Positions 34,161 to 44,719 are shown, numbered from the stretch's first letter. The stretch is DNA of 64,000 nt from Myxococcota bacterium (GCA_046583095.1 JAYGDB010000078.1:7220-71219); one strand, 5' to 3'. The notes: generated by a model not told the origin, from the sequence alone. Made by a program: numbers and translations.

Positions 34161-35162
34161 GTGCCCCGTCAGGACATCGATGCACTCGCAGCAGGCCTCG
34201 AATCGGTCGTGAAGGAGCGGATCCCCGGCGCGTCCGGCGTATCGGGGCTGCAACGACTGTCCGGAGGCGCGAGCCAGGAGACCTGGTCGTTCGATACCGA
34301 AACCCGCGACGGAAGGCTGCCCCTGATCCTGCGCAGGCGGGCACGTGGACAGACCCAACAAGCGCTCGGCGGGGCCATCGACCTCGAGCGCGAAGCCGAG
34401 CTCCTCGCTCTCGCTGCCGACGCCAAGCTGCCCGTACCGGTGGTTCGATGCGTCCTCATGCCCACAGACGACCTGGGCTCGGGCTTCGTCATGGAGCGCC
34501 TCGAGGGCGAGACCATCCCACAGCGAATCTTCCGGGACGAAGCACTGGCCGACGTCCGGCCGCGGCTCGCCCGGCAGTGCGGCGAGATCCTGGCGGGCAT
34601 CCACGGGATCGCCCGTGACTCACTACCCGAGCTGCCGGTCGCCCCGGCAGAAGCGCAGCTCGAGCAATACCGCGGGATCTACGATGGCTTCGACGACCCG
34701 CATCCGGTCTTCGAACTCGCCTTCCGTTGGATCGAAGAGAACCTGCCCGAGTCGGTCGAATCGAGCCTGGTTCACGGGGATTTCCGCAACGGTAACCTGA
34801 TGATCGACACGACCGGCGTGCGCGGCGTGCTCGATTGGGAGCTCGCCCACGTCGGCGACCCGATGGAAGACCTCGGCTGGATCTGCGTGAACTCCTGGCG
34901 CTTCGGCCGCATCGACTCGCCAGTCGGCGGCTTCGGCTCCCGCGAAGAGCTCGTAGAGGGATACGAGTCGGCGGGCGGCGGCACGGTGGATCTCACGCGC
35001 GTTCGCTTCTGGGAGGTCGTGGGAGCCCTCAAGTGGGGCGTCATCTGCACGATGATGCTGTTCGGCTTCCGGCACGGACCGGACCGTTCCGTCGAGCGCG
35101 CCGCGATCGGACGCCGGACGTCCGAGACCGAGATCGACCTGCTCGAGCTGATTGCACCGTGA
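34161..35162 (+). CDS. Phosphotransferase family protein (APH/choline-kinase fold)
   Basis: 333-aa ORF with a GTG start. The catalytic loop is LVHGDFRNGNLMID, followed by LDWELAHVGDPMEDL. Confidence 0.85.
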   Translation: MPRQDIDALAAGLESVVKERIPGASGVSGLQRLSGGASQETWSFDTETRDGRLPLILRRRARGQTQQALGGAIDLEREAELLALAADAKLPVPVVRCVLMPTDDLGSGFVMERLEGETIPQRIFRDEALADVRPRLARQCGEILAGIHGIARDSLPELPVAPAEAQLEQYRGIYDGFDDPHPVFELAFRWIEENLPESVESSLVHGDFRNGNLMIDTTGVRGVLDWELAHVGDPMEDLGWICVNSWRFGRIDSPVGGFGSREELVEGYESAGGGTVDLTRVRFWEVVGALKWGVICTMMLFGFRHGPDRSVERAAIGRRTSETEIDLLELIAP

Positions 35163-35169
35163 GGCCGCC

Positions 35170-35547
35170 ATGTATGATCCGCCCACCACCGCCGAACTCG
35201 TCACCGCCGTCCGGGAGTTCCTCGAAGAGCACGCGTTACCGAACCTCGAGGGACGCAACGCGTTTCACGCCCGCGTCGCCGCGAATGCCCTGGCCATCGT
35301 CGCGCGCCAGCTCGAGCTGGGCCCCGAAGCGGAGGCAGCCGAGCAGCAGCGACTCCAGGCCCTGCTCGGCACGCAAGGCAGCCTCGACGAGCTGAACCGC
35401 GAGCTGTGTCGGAGGATCCGAAACGGCGATCTCGCCATCAACGACGCGGACCTCGTCGCCCACCTGCGCACCACCACCCTCGACAAGGTCGCGGTCGATC
35501 AGCCGAAGTACTCGGGCTACCGCAGGGCTCTCGAGAAGCACCGGTAA
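35170..35547 (+). CDS. DUF6285-like small helical protein
   Basis: The ATG at 35170 lies 8 nt after the phosphotransferase stop and gives 125 aa. The sequence (MYDPPTTAELVTAVREFLEE...NALAIVARQLELG) resembles the small protein that usually follows this phosphotransferase type. Confidence 0.65.
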   Translation: MYDPPTTAELVTAVREFLEEHALPNLEGRNAFHARVAANALAIVARQLELGPEAEAAEQQRLQALLGTQGSLDELNRELCRRIRNGDLAINDADLVAHLRTTTLDKVAVDQPKYSGYRRALEKHR

Positions 35548-35630
35548 CCCCGAACATCGCGGCTGGATGAGCGGGCGCCCGAGGATCTGCCCATCTACCT
35601 ATACTGATCGCCTGGTCGAAAGGAGAACCG

Positions 35631-36410
35631 ATGGCCCGCTTGAGTCAGCTCAGTCGCTCGGTAGAGGGAAAGGTGGTGCTCGTCACGGGTGCGGCAAGCG
35701 GGATGGGACGCGCCACCGCGGAGCTCTTCGCGGACGAGGGCGCGAAGGTGATCGTCACCGACCTCACCCTCGAGAGCGCCGAGCTCGTGGCGGCCGGAAT
35801 TCGCGAGGCCGGGTGCGAAGCCAAGGCCTGGGCGCTCGACGTCGGCGACCCGGACGCGATTGCTCGGGTCGTCGCCGAGGTCGCGAGCGAGATGGGTGGA
35901 CTCGACATTCTCGTGAACAATGCCGGCATCTCGACGAGTGCCCCCGTCGAGTCCGAGGACTACGACGCAGCGCTCCAGAAGTCCTACGACGTCATGCTCA
36001 CCGCCCATGCCCGGCTCGTCCGCCACGCGCTTCCGCATCTCAAGCAGAGCGGCGAGGGACGCGTGATCAACATCGCCTCCACCGAGGCGCTCGGCGCGAG
36101 CCGGGGAGCTGGACCCTACACGGTCGCAAAACACGGCGTCATCGGGCTCACGCGATCGCTCGCGATCGAGCTCGGAGCGCACGGCATCACGGTCAACTGC
36201 ATCTGCCCGGGCCCGATCCTCACCGGCATGACGGCGGGTATCCCCGAAGCAGCCCGCAACAAGTTCGCCAGGCGTCGCGTCCCGCTCCGGCGCTACGCCA
36301 TCCCGGAAGAGGTGGCGCACATGACGCTCAACCTCGCACTCCCGGCGTCGTCCTACGTCACGGGCGCCACGATTCCCGTCGACGGCGGCCTCACGATTCA
36401 GAACACCTAG
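35631..36410 (+). CDS. SDR family oxidoreductase
   Basis: 259 aa. It has TGAASGMGRA, NNAG and YTVAKHG (YxxxK). Confidence 0.9.
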   Translation: MARLSQLSRSVEGKVVLVTGAASGMGRATAELFADEGAKVIVTDLTLESAELVAAGIREAGCEAKAWALDVGDPDAIARVVAEVASEMGGLDILVNNAGISTSAPVESEDYDAALQKSYDVMLTAHARLVRHALPHLKQSGEGRVINIASTEALGASRGAGPYTVAKHGVIGLTRSLAIELGAHGITVNCICPGPILTGMTAGIPEAARNKFARRRVPLRRYAIPEEVAHMTLNLALPASSYVTGATIPVDGGLTIQNT

Positions 36411-36433
36411 CAGGCGGCTGGACTACCGGAGCA

Positions 36434-38344
36434 TTACTCCGGCGCGTGGTACCAGATGGGCGACGTCCAGGCGCGCTCCTGGATCGTCTTCGGGAAGCGT
36501 TCGTCGCAGCAGCCTTCGAGACCGGAAGGGACCGTGCGCACATCCGCGCAGTCGACTCGCGCCGTCGCACACAGGTAGCCGTTCCAGCGGCACGATGGGT
36601 TCTCGACGACCCGAGCGTAATAGAGAGCGTGGTGACCGGCATCGAACTCGGGATCGCTCCACACCTCGCACAGCGAGTCGCTGCCGGAGCCCCGGGGCTC
36701 GCAGGTGGCGAGATCGACCGAGGCATCACCGCCCGCACCCGCCACGTCGAAGACACGAACCCGGGACTGCCCAGCGTCCTCCCAGGCCTTCACGATCTGG
36801 ATACGCCCGAGCAGACCGCCCGGTGAGCCGGGGACTCCCGGATCCCGTAGCGCCGAGACGGCAAAGCGGGGCGGCCCTGCGCCTCTCGGGGGCACGGGCA
36901 GATCACCGCCCATCGGCACGCCACCCGCGTAGCCAGCGGCTGCGAAGTCGGGGCGCTCGCACAGGCCCTCGTCGTACCCCCAGCCTCCGAAGAAGCGAAC
37001 CCGGATGCGGGGACCGGTCGTCCCGTACGCCTCGCGCCGGTGCATCGCCTCGAAGAGCGCGTCCCGCGAGTTCTCCTCCGCCCAGAGTACGGCGAGACCG
37101 CCCGGGTTGTACCAGAGCGACTCGGGCATGGCCGGTGTCTCGAGTCGGTGGGTGACGATGCCGGCGGCGTGGCCGACGAAGTCGCGCTCGTCGACGAGGC
37201 CGGCGGCGCCGAGGTGGGTGTCGGTCGAGCCGATCAACCCGAACGCGAACGGGTTGACCCCGAGGCGCCGCTGCTGCACCAGACCCTCGGCGAGCGCCTC
37301 CCGCGTGTAGGTGAGGGGTGGGATCGGCGTACCGCCGAGGACGCCGGTCGATTCCTCGCCGAGCTTCGCGAACGGCAGCTTCTCGTACGCGCAGAGCTCG
37401 TCTTCGGACGTCACGCCGCACTCCGAGTCTCCCTTGTGCTGGGTGATCTCGACGAGACGCTCGAGTCGCGCGCGTCGCTCGGCGTCTTCACGACGAATCG
37501 GCTCGCCGTCTTCCCGAACGATGCGAAAGAGCTGCCCGTTGCTGACGTTCGAGTTGTGGGGGATCGCGATCACGTCACAGCCGTCGCCCCGGTCGAGACA
37601 TTGGGCGACCAACGCCTGCCACAGCCCCTCGGCGGTGGGCGTATCGATGAAGTTCGTCGGGACGGCCTGGTGCTTCTCGTTTCGGAACACGACGTTGCGG
37701 TGGATCTTCTGTCCCTGCGGCATGCCCGTCCACTCGTAGCCGATGAAGCTCGTAAACGAGCATGCGGAGGTACGGTCGTAGGCGTGCTCAGCAGCCTCGA
37801 CGGTCTCCTGCCACGGACCCTTCGCGGCTTCCGTGCAGCGTGAGCCGTCGTCGCCACAAAACGAGTAGCGCGGCGCACCGACCGAGAAGAAGATGCGGCT
37901 GTTCACCGTCATGTATCCGAGCTTCGGAAATTTCCGGTTGATCCAGCAGATGAGCGAGTCGTGGCCCACAGCCGTCTGTGCCCCGCAGATGTAGGTCTCC
38001 CCGAAGAGCTCCGCGTGATCGGTCATCACTGCAAAATCGAGTGGGCGCGAGAGCTGGAGCTGCCGCGCCGGCCGGCCCTCGGCGTCGTAGGGCTGCATGC
38101 CGATGGCTTCGCCCTTTGCGAAGCGGTAGGCGTCCGCGGGGCGTGCCCGGGTGCCCTGGCCCCACGCATCGAACGAGAGTGCCGTGTGGACGTGGGTGTC
38201 ACCGAAGAAGGGCTGCCGTTGCTCGACGTGGCTCGTGCAGGCTTCACGCGACTCGGTTCGCTCGAAGGACCCCGCGCTCGTCGCTACGAGGGTTCCGAGC
38301 AGCACCGCGAGACTCCAGCGGAGAGCCGCGCCGGCCCGAGTCAT
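36434..38344 (-). CDS. DUF3604 domain protein (paralog A), exported
   Basis: The start at [25 protein letters not shown] (ATG at 38344) overlaps the upstream stop as ATGA. The metal-site-like motif is [16 protein letters not shown]. The family-typical C-terminal motifs are [12 protein letters not shown] and [10 protein letters not shown]. Confidence 0.85.
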   Translation of the reverse strand: MTRAGAALRWSLAVLLGTLVATSAGSFERTESREACTSHVEQRQPFFGDTHVHTALSFDAWGQGTRARPADAYRFAKGEAIGMQPYDAEGRPARQLQLSRPLDFAVMTDHAELFGETYICGAQTAVGHDSLICWINRKFPKLGYMTVNSRIFFSVGAPRYSFCGDDGSRCTEAAKGPWQETVEAAEHAYDRTSACSFTSFIGYEWTGMPQGQKIHRNVVFRNEKHQAVPTNFIDTPTAEGLWQALVAQCLDRGDGCDVIAIPHNSNVSNGQLFRIVREDGEPIRREDAERRARLERLVEITQHKGDSECGVTSEDELCAYEKLPFAKLGEESTGVLGGTPIPPLTYTREALAEGLVQQRRLGVNPFAFGLIGSTDTHLGAAGLVDERDFVGHAAGIVTHRLETPAMPESLWYNPGGLAVLWAEENSRDALFEAMHRREAYGTTGPRIRVRFFGGWGYDEGLCERPDFAAAGYAGGVPMGGDLPVPPRGAGPPRFAVSALRDPGVPGSPGGLLGRIQIVKAWEDAGQSRVRVFDVAGAGGDASVDLATCEPRGSGSDSLCEVWSDPEFDAGHHALYYARVVENPSCRWNGYLCATARVDCADVRTVPSGLEGCCDERFPKTIQERAWTSPIWYHAPE

Positions 38345-38772
38345 CGATACAGCTCCCACAAGCCCGCGTGCGCCGACTCGTGGTGGAACTGGCTGTCGTA
38401 GAGGGGCGCGAAGCTGGCGGCCCCGAGCAGGCACACGGCCAGCGCACCCACGACCCCGGCCCGTCCTCGCGGCGACAGCCGGTCGAGGACGAAGCGTCGA
38501 ACCAGCCAGGTCACCCCTACGAGCAGGGCTCCGTAGACGGCCACATGCCCGACGATCAGCCCCGCGAAGAGACCGACCATGCCCCCCGCGCCTTCCTGGA
38601 CAATCACCGCGAGCAGCACTACGGCCAGCTGTGCGTAGCGCGCGACGGGAACGAAGCTCCCGTCCAGTCCGAAGAGCGGAACCGGAATCGTGAGCACGGT
38701 GACAGCGAGTAACGCGACGGCCGCTGCACGGGCACTCACCGCAGATCGACCTTTGACCCGATCCCGGGGCAC
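38341..38772 (-). CDS. Small 4-TM membrane protein, function unknown
   Basis: 143-aa ORF with four hydrophobic helices. It lies 11 nt downstream of the NMO stop and is translationally coupled (ATGA) to DUF3604-A. Confidence 0.6.
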   Translation of the reverse strand: MPRDRVKGRSAVSARAAAVALLAVTVLTIPVPLFGLDGSFVPVARYAQLAVVLLAVIVQEGAGGMVGLFAGLIVGHVAVYGALLVGVTWLVRRFVLDRLSPRGRAGVVGALAVCLLGAASFAPLYDSQFHHESAHAGLWELYR

Positions 38773-38783
38773 TTCATGGCGAA

Positions 38784-39908
38784 CTACTCCGGCTGCAAGG
38801 CGTTCAGGCGATCCACTGTATCGAGATAATCCTCGACGATGTCCATGATGACCTCGCGAGACGAGCGCACCTCGTTCATCATGCCAACCACCTGGCCGAC
38901 GGGATTGAAGGCAACGGCCTGGGCCTGGGGAGACGACGCGTAGCGGCTGGTTCGAACGATGGCATCCATCGTCACCATGTTCTGGAGCGGCATACCCAGA
39001 GGATCGGGCGTCTCATCCGCAGCCCACGCCTCGGTCCAGTCGTTCTTCAGCATGCGGCAGGGCTTGCCGGTGAACGAGCGCGACCGCACCGTGTCCTGGC
39101 TCGTCGCATCCAGGTAGGACGCCATCTGGGCCGGCGGACACTCGGCCTCCCGAACGGTGAGCCACATGGATCCCGTCCAGATGCCCTGCGCACCCATCGC
39201 GAGGGCTGCAGCCATCTGGCGCCCGGTCCCGATGCCCCCGGCCGCCAGGACCGGAACCGGCGCGACGGCCTCGATGAGCTGCGGCCACAGCACCAGGCTT
39301 CCGATCTCACCGGTGTGCCCACCGCCCTCAGTTCCCTGCGCGATGATGAAGTCGAGCCCCGCGTCCTTGTGGCGAACGGCCTGGTGAACCTTGCCGCACA
39401 GCGCGCCGATCAGCCGTCCGCTCTTCTTGACCCGCTCGACGACCTCGGGCGGCGGCGTGCCCAGGGCATTCGCGATCACGCGCACCTTCTCGTGCTGCAG
39501 CGCAACGTCGAGTTGGGGGGTCGCCGTCGCGAGGCTCATCCCGAGCAGCTCGTGATGCGCCTCGTCGGACGGCACTTCCGGCACCCCGTGATCGGCGAGA
39601 AGTTTCGCGGCGAACTCTCGATGCTGGGGCGGGATCGCAGCGCGAAGCTGCTCTTCGAGCTTCGTGGGATCCATCTCGTCCATCCCCTCGTATTTCTGGG
39701 GGATGACGAGATCGACGCCGTAAGGCTTGCCTCCTACGTGTTCGTCGATCCACCTGCACTCGACGTCCAGCTGCTCCGGTGAGAAGCCGACGGCGCCGAG
39801 CACGCCGAAACCGCCGGCGTTCGAAACGGCTGCGACCACGTCGCGGCAATGGGTGAAAGCAAAGATCGGAAACTCGATCCCGAGTTTCCCACAGATCTCG
39901 GTATGCAT
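38784..39908 (-). CDS. Nitronate monooxygenase (NMO / 2-nitropropane dioxygenase-like, FMN)
   Basis: The start at MHTEICGKLGIEFPIFAFTH (ATG at 39908) gives 374 aa. Motifs include FIIAQGTEGGGHTG and VLAAGGIGTGRQ. Confidence 0.85.
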   Translation of the reverse strand: MHTEICGKLGIEFPIFAFTHCRDVVAAVSNAGGFGVLGAVGFSPEQLDVECRWIDEHVGGKPYGVDLVIPQKYEGMDEMDPTKLEEQLRAAIPPQHREFAAKLLADHGVPEVPSDEAHHELLGMSLATATPQLDVALQHEKVRVIANALGTPPPEVVERVKKSGRLIGALCGKVHQAVRHKDAGLDFIIAQGTEGGGHTGEIGSLVLWPQLIEAVAPVPVLAAGGIGTGRQMAAALAMGAQGIWTGSMWLTVREAECPPAQMASYLDATSQDTVRSRSFTGKPCRMLKNDWTEAWAADETPDPLGMPLQNMVTMDAIVRTSRYASSPQAQAVAFNPVGQVVGMMNEVRSSREVIMDIVEDYLDTVDRLNALQPE

Positions 39909-40086
39909 AGGCGAGGCTCTCTTCCTGTGGCTGAAGGTTCCTGGATAGGGCGTTTCGGGTCGCGTAGAGTGCCCGAGGCGGTCGAGTGCTGGCAACTAAA
40001 AGCCGCGCGCGAGCACTGAGACCCGTTTCGGATCACACTGTAGCGCGCCGACCTGCACGGGATGCCAGCGCTTCGGTTATGGTGGC

Positions 40087-41247
40087 GTGATGACGCAACC
40101 CGGCGCGGAGCTCGTGGAGCGTGCCAGAGGTCTGACGGCCCTCCTCGCGAAGCACGCTGCAGAGGCCGAACAGCTGCGACAGCCCCACGACGCGGTGATC
40201 GCGGCCCTCGAGACGTCTGGGATCTTCGAGCTGATGGTCCCCCGCTGCTACGGGGGGCGCGAGCTGGATCTCGACACCTACGTCGAGGTCGGGCTCGCGC
40301 TGGCCGAGGGCGACGCGTCGATGTCGTGGGTGGCCACCTTCTACATCGAGCACAACTGGATGCTCTGCCAGTTTCCGGAGACGTTCCAGCGCGAGCTCTT
40401 CGCGAACCGCAGCTATGTACTGGCCCCTGGCAGCGTCTCGATGGGCGGCGTCGCCGAGCCGAGCGAGGCCGGATTCAGGCTGAAGGGTCGCTGGGGCTGG
40501 GCGACGGGCGTCGTGCACAGCGATTGGGTGCTGGTGGGCGGTCGGGTCAACCGCGAAGACGAGGCCGTCGACCTGCGACTCTTCGCATTGCCGAAGTCAG
40601 AAGTCGAGGTGCCGGACACCTGGTACGTGGATGGAATGTGCGGGACCGGGAGCCACGACATCGTCATCCACGATCAGTTCGTCCCGGAAGAGCGATCGGT
40701 CTCTTTTCTCGAGATGCTGAGCGGCGCGGCTCCGGGCTCGAAACTCCACGAAGGCCCTCTCTACCGGACGCCGATGATTCCGATCCTTGCCCTGGCGGCG
40801 TCGATGCCCGCGGTCGGGCAGGCGCGGGCAGCCGTGCACGGCTTTCGGGAACGCATGCAGGAACGGGTCCTGTACGGGACCACCACGAGGCAGTCCGAGA
40901 AGGCCACGGCCCAGGTGCGCCTGGCACGCGCCGAGATCGAGGCACGCGAGGCCGAGGACCTCCTCCGAAAGGTCGCCGCCAACGTGATGGAGCTGCGCGA
41001 GCGTGCGACACCCGAGGATCGGAACCGCTGGGTGGCCTCCCTCGCGTACGCGGTCGACCGCAGCAAGCGGGTGATCGGGAGCATCGCTGAGGCCAGCGGC
41101 GCCAGCGCGCATCTTCTCACGCATGCACTCCAGCGAGCGAAGCGCGACGTGGATACGCTCTCCAGCCATACGATCTTCGACCTGGATGGGCGCTTGGAGA
41201 GCTACGGACGAGTATTGCTCGGGCTGGAGCCGAACGGGCCCTTCTGA
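40087..41247 (+). CDS. Acyl-CoA dehydrogenase-fold flavin monooxygenase/dehydrogenase (HsaA/DszC-like group)
   Basis: 386 aa with a GTG-ATG start at 40087/40090. The N-terminus (GIFELMVPRCYGGRELDL) and the middle beta-domain (GFRLKGRWGWATG) are typical of ACAD-type two-component oxygenases. Confidence 0.8.
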   Translation: MMTQPGAELVERARGLTALLAKHAAEAEQLRQPHDAVIAALETSGIFELMVPRCYGGRELDLDTYVEVGLALAEGDASMSWVATFYIEHNWMLCQFPETFQRELFANRSYVLAPGSVSMGGVAEPSEAGFRLKGRWGWATGVVHSDWVLVGGRVNREDEAVDLRLFALPKSEVEVPDTWYVDGMCGTGSHDIVIHDQFVPEERSVSFLEMLSGAAPGSKLHEGPLYRTPMIPILALAASMPAVGQARAAVHGFRERMQERVLYGTTTRQSEKATAQVRLARAEIEAREAEDLLRKVAANVMELRERATPEDRNRWVASLAYAVDRSKRVIGSIAEASGASAHLLTHALQRAKRDVDTLSSHTIFDLDGRLESYGRVLLGLEPNGPF

Positions 41248-41265
41248 CTCGAGCGAACCCGTCGA

Positions 41266-41853
41266 CTACCAGCGATCCCAGTGCAGCACGTCGTCGAGGG
41301 GCCGGCGCCTGACGGGGCCGAAGGCGCGCTCCGGCCAGCCCAGGGCCACCATCACGCCCAGGCTCACCTCGTCGGGCAGGCCGAGTTCGGTGCGCACCGT
41401 CGACTCGATCAGCGTGTGAAATGTCGTGAAGGTCGTTCCGAGACCCAGCGAACGTGCGGCCACGATCAGGTTCTGGGCAGCGGGATACACCGCGGCTCCC
41501 ACCAGCTCGGCGTCGCGCCCGTCCGAGACGCCGCACACGAAGATGTAGACCGGAACCCTCTCGAAGGTCTCGAGCAGCCGGCTCACACCGGTGTACGTGC
41601 GCTGGACGACCGGGTCGGACTCCTTCGCGGCAATCCCTTCGATCACCGGACTCATCACCTCGCGCAGCGCTTCGCCGATGCGCGCCTTTGCGTCCGCGGC
41701 CTGGAGCACGACGAACGCCCAGGGCTGGCTGTTGCGCGGACTCGAGGCCCGGGTGGCCGCGTGGATCAACTTGCGGATCGTATCCTCGGGTACCGGGTCC
41801 GGCTTCAGGTATCGCATCGCCCGACACGTCTCCATCGCTTCGAAGACGTCCAT
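41266..41853 (-). CDS. Nitroreductase family protein
   Basis: 195 aa. The sequence CRAMRYLKPDPVPEDTIRKLIHAATRASSPRNSQPWAFVVL is canonical nitroreductase. A TGATG overlap links it to the upstream gene. Confidence 0.85.
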   Translation of the reverse strand: MDVFEAMETCRAMRYLKPDPVPEDTIRKLIHAATRASSPRNSQPWAFVVLQAADAKARIGEALREVMSPVIEGIAAKESDPVVQRTYTGVSRLLETFERVPVYIFVCGVSDGRDAELVGAAVYPAAQNLIVAARSLGLGTTFTTFHTLIESTVRTELGLPDEVSLGVMVALGWPERAFGPVRRRPLDDVLHWDRW

Positions 41854-42545
41854 CAGCTTCGACCCCGGGATGTGCTGCGAGAGGGCTCACGCACGATCTG
41901 GCCCAGGTCCCGGGTGATACCCGAGTTCGGCAGGACGAACAGACCGTCGGCCTCGGCGACGACACCGTCTCCATCCCGCAGAGCGCCCCGGACAGTCACC
42001 TTCCGCCCCTTCTGCTCGCGGATCCGTACCTCGAAGAGCAACCGCGTGAAGAGCGGCGTCGGCCGCCGGTACTGCACGCTGAGAGACGCCGTCATCGCCG
42101 GCAACCCGAGCGCCAGGTTGTGACAGCCGAGGATCTGGTCGAAGAAACCCGCGACGTGGGCCCCGTGCACGCAACCGGGCGGCCCCTCGAAGACCACCCC
42201 GAAGGTCACGCTGCCCGTGGTCACCGCGTCCTCGGTCTGGATCTCGAAGTCGGCCGCGAGGGGGTGATAGGGCGGGAGCATCACGCCATCGATGAAGTAG
42301 GGGCGTGCGTCTTCCGGCTCGTCATCGCGTCCGAGCCGGAGGGCATCGCTGCTACGCGCTGAAGTCGCGAGTCGTTCGGCAATGACGTCGAGCTGGGCCC
42401 GCGCCCGCTCGAGTTCATCGGGTGCGTCGTCGATGCGCAGCATCGCGTCCACCAGCGAACGAACGCTGCCACCGAGTGCGACCAGCTCCGGCGATGCCAC
42501 CGAGCCCAGTCCGTTCAGCGTTGTCTTCTTCGACTTGTTCGTCAT
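41853..42545 (-). CDS. PaaI/hotdog-fold thioesterase family protein
   Basis: The internal start MTNKSKK (ATG at 42545) gives 230 aa. The hotdog core reads GPPGCVHGAHVAGFFDQILG...LSVQYRRPTP. The upstream part of the track ORF is Arg/Pro junk. Confidence 0.7.
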   Translation of the reverse strand: MTNKSKKTTLNGLGSVASPELVALGGSVRSLVDAMLRIDDAPDELERARAQLDVIAERLATSARSSDALRLGRDDEPEDARPYFIDGVMLPPYHPLAADFEIQTEDAVTTGSVTFGVVFEGPPGCVHGAHVAGFFDQILGCHNLALGLPAMTASLSVQYRRPTPLFTRLLFEVRIREQKGRKVTVRGALRDGDGVVAEADGLFVLPNSGITRDLGQIVREPSRSTSRGRS

Positions 42546-42565
42546 TGGAGTCCGCGCGCCGGGTT

Positions 42566-43021
42566 CTAGACCTCCCGGTAGAGCTTCTCCCTCGCACGCA
42601 CTGGCTCGAGCAGGCTCAGGTCGTTCTCCTCGATCTCGTAGCCCAGCGGGTGCGGCGGCCGCGGCGGCAATCCGAGCGCCTCGAGGGTGGCGGCATTCTG
42701 GTAGTAGCCCTGATAGGCCTGGAACACCAGCAGCGGCAGGAAGCCGGGCTGGCTGCCCGCCAGCTCGTTCAAGGCACCCACGCGCTGGGGCGGATCGAGA
42801 TCGTCGAAGCCCGCGTCGATCAACGCGGAGAGTCCGGCTGCGACGACCGGCAGGAGGTCCGTCGCCTGCAGGACGTGCTCGGCGACTCCGATCTGGCCCG
42901 CTGCCGGCATGCCACGCTGGCGGCTCGCAGGAATGATCGTATCGAGAACGTTCACCAGGGTACGGGTCTGTGGGTCCGAGAGCACCTTGCACTCCGTTTC
43001 TGGGCCGAAGGCCCCGTTCAA
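42566..43021 (-). CDS. Gluconate 2-dehydrogenase subunit-3-like small protein (partner of the GMC oxidoreductase)
   Basis: The conserved part reads LSDPQTRTLVNVLDTIIPAS...LVFQAYQGYYQN. I chose the TTG at 43021, which overlaps the GMC stop (TTGA). A GTG at 42985 is an alternative. No twin-arginine signal is seen. Confidence 0.6.
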   Translation of the reverse strand: MNGAFGPETECKVLSDPQTRTLVNVLDTIIPASRQRGMPAAGQIGVAEHVLQATDLLPVVAAGLSALIDAGFDDLDPPQRVGALNELAGSQPGFLPLLVFQAYQGYYQNAATLEALGLPPRPPHPLGYEIEENDLSLLEPVRAREKLYREV

Positions 43022-44622
43022 TCGAAGAGGGTCGCGAGGTTCTTCTTGATGTTGTCTGCGATATAGAGAGACAGAGCCTGGATCGTGTTCGTCGGGTTCA
43101 CCGCGCCGGCCGTCACGAAGATGCTGCCGTCGATGATGAAGAGGTTCTTGACGTCGTGGCAGCGGCCCCACTCGTTCACCACCGACGTGCTCGGGTCTCG
43201 CCCCATGCGCGCCGTCCCCATCAGGTGCCAGCCGGCCGGCTCCAGGGGCGCGTTGGTGAGGGTCGTCTTCGCGCCCGACGCCTCCAATACCTCGCGTCCG
43301 CGGGCAACACTGTGCTCGAGCATCTTCCGGCTGTTCTCGCCCAGGCGATAGCTGATCTTGGGGCAGGGAATCCCGTTGCCGTCGGTCAACTCCGGGTCGA
43401 GGGTCACCGTGTTGCAGGCCTCGGGAAGGTCCTCGCAGATGATCACCATGCCGGCGCTGCGGTCGAATAGCTCCGCGTATGCCTCGTGGTGCCCCTCACC
43501 CCACGGCACCTCGCCCGTGGACATCCCGGCAAGCGCGGTGGCAACGGCCCCGCGCCCGCGCAACATCTCGAACGAGTAACCCCGCACGAATTCGCGAGCA
43601 GGGTCCGTCTCGTAGAACTCCTGGCTCATCAGGCAGCAGCCCGTCGGGCCCTTGTAGCCTTCGAGGGGCTCGTCGAAGATGCCGGTCACCATCGCGTAGG
43701 GGTGAAACATGAGGTTCTTCCCGACCAGGCCGCTCGAGTTCGCGAGACCCTCCGGGAAGAGCTTCGACTTCGAGTTGAGCAGCAGCCGGGGCGTGCCGAC
43801 GCCGTTGCAGGCGACGACCACCACCTCCGCCTTCTGCTCGTGGAGGTTGCCCTCGGCGTCGTAGTAGAGAACGCCGTCCGCCATGCCGTCTTCGCGGACG
43901 CAGATCTCCTGCACCCGACAGCAGGTGCGGACCTCGACGCCCTGCCTGACTGCGGCGGGCCAGTAGGTCACGTCCGTGCTCGCCTTCGCTCCCTGGGCAC
44001 AGCCGGTGATACAGGGGCCCAGGTTGATACAGGGCGCCCGGCCGTTGTGCTCCTGGGTGGCGATCGCGCTGTCCGACGGCCACCAGTGCCAACCGAGCCG
44101 GTTGAAGCCGCGGGCGAGAGTGTGACCCAGCTTGCCGAAGGGGACCGGCGGAAGCGGGACCTGCTTGGGCGGATACGCAGGGTCCCCGGCCAGACCCGCA
44201 GTTCCCATCATGCGGTCATTTTCCGCGTAGTAGGGTTCCAGGGTCGCGTAGTCGAGCGGCCAGTCGTCTGCAACACCGTCCAGGGTCTTCACCCGGAAGT
44301 CCGAAGGGTGCAGCCGCGGGAAGTGGGCGGCGTATAGGATCGTGCTGCCGCCCACCGCGTTGAAGTTCGAGATCTTGATCGGCGACTCGGAGTCGTTGAT
44401 CGGGTAGTCGGCCGGACGCCCGCGCGCGTTCGGGCTCAGCCCGAAGTCGCCGAAGCCACGGCTCTCCCAGTCGAGACCGGCACTCGGGTACTGGGCGGGG
44501 TCCATCCAGTCGCCCTGCTCGAGACACACGATCCTCATGCGCGTGTCCGAGAGGCTCCAGGCCAGCGCAGCACCGGACGCACCGGCGCCGATGATCAGTA
44601 CGTCGACCGGGTCGCTCGGCAT
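43018..44622 (-). CDS. GMC family FAD oxidoreductase
   Basis: 534 aa. The N-terminus is VLIIGAGASGAALAWSL. The C-terminus is HLMGTARMG...NLFIIDGSIFVTAGAVNPTNTIQAL. Confidence 0.9.
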   Translation of the reverse strand: MPSDPVDVLIIGAGASGAALAWSLSDTRMRIVCLEQGDWMDPAQYPSAGLDWESRGFGDFGLSPNARGRPADYPINDSESPIKISNFNAVGGSTILYAAHFPRLHPSDFRVKTLDGVADDWPLDYATLEPYYAENDRMMGTAGLAGDPAYPPKQVPLPPVPFGKLGHTLARGFNRLGWHWWPSDSAIATQEHNGRAPCINLGPCITGCAQGAKASTDVTYWPAAVRQGVEVRTCCRVQEICVREDGMADGVLYYDAEGNLHEQKAEVVVVACNGVGTPRLLLNSKSKLFPEGLANSSGLVGKNLMFHPYAMVTGIFDEPLEGYKGPTGCCLMSQEFYETDPAREFVRGYSFEMLRGRGAVATALAGMSTGEVPWGEGHHEAYAELFDRSAGMVIICEDLPEACNTVTLDPELTDGNGIPCPKISYRLGENSRKMLEHSVARGREVLEASGAKTTLTNAPLEPAGWHLMGTARMGRDPSTSVVNEWGRCHDVKNLFIIDGSIFVTAGAVNPTNTIQALSLYIADNIKKNLATLFD

Positions 44623-44719
44623 GCGAGAAGCCTAGAGAATGCCCAGCATGGGCGCTCCCGACGAACGAGCAGCGGATCCGGAGGATGCTCGGGCGCGAAC
44701 TCTCGAGATCGAGAGAGAG

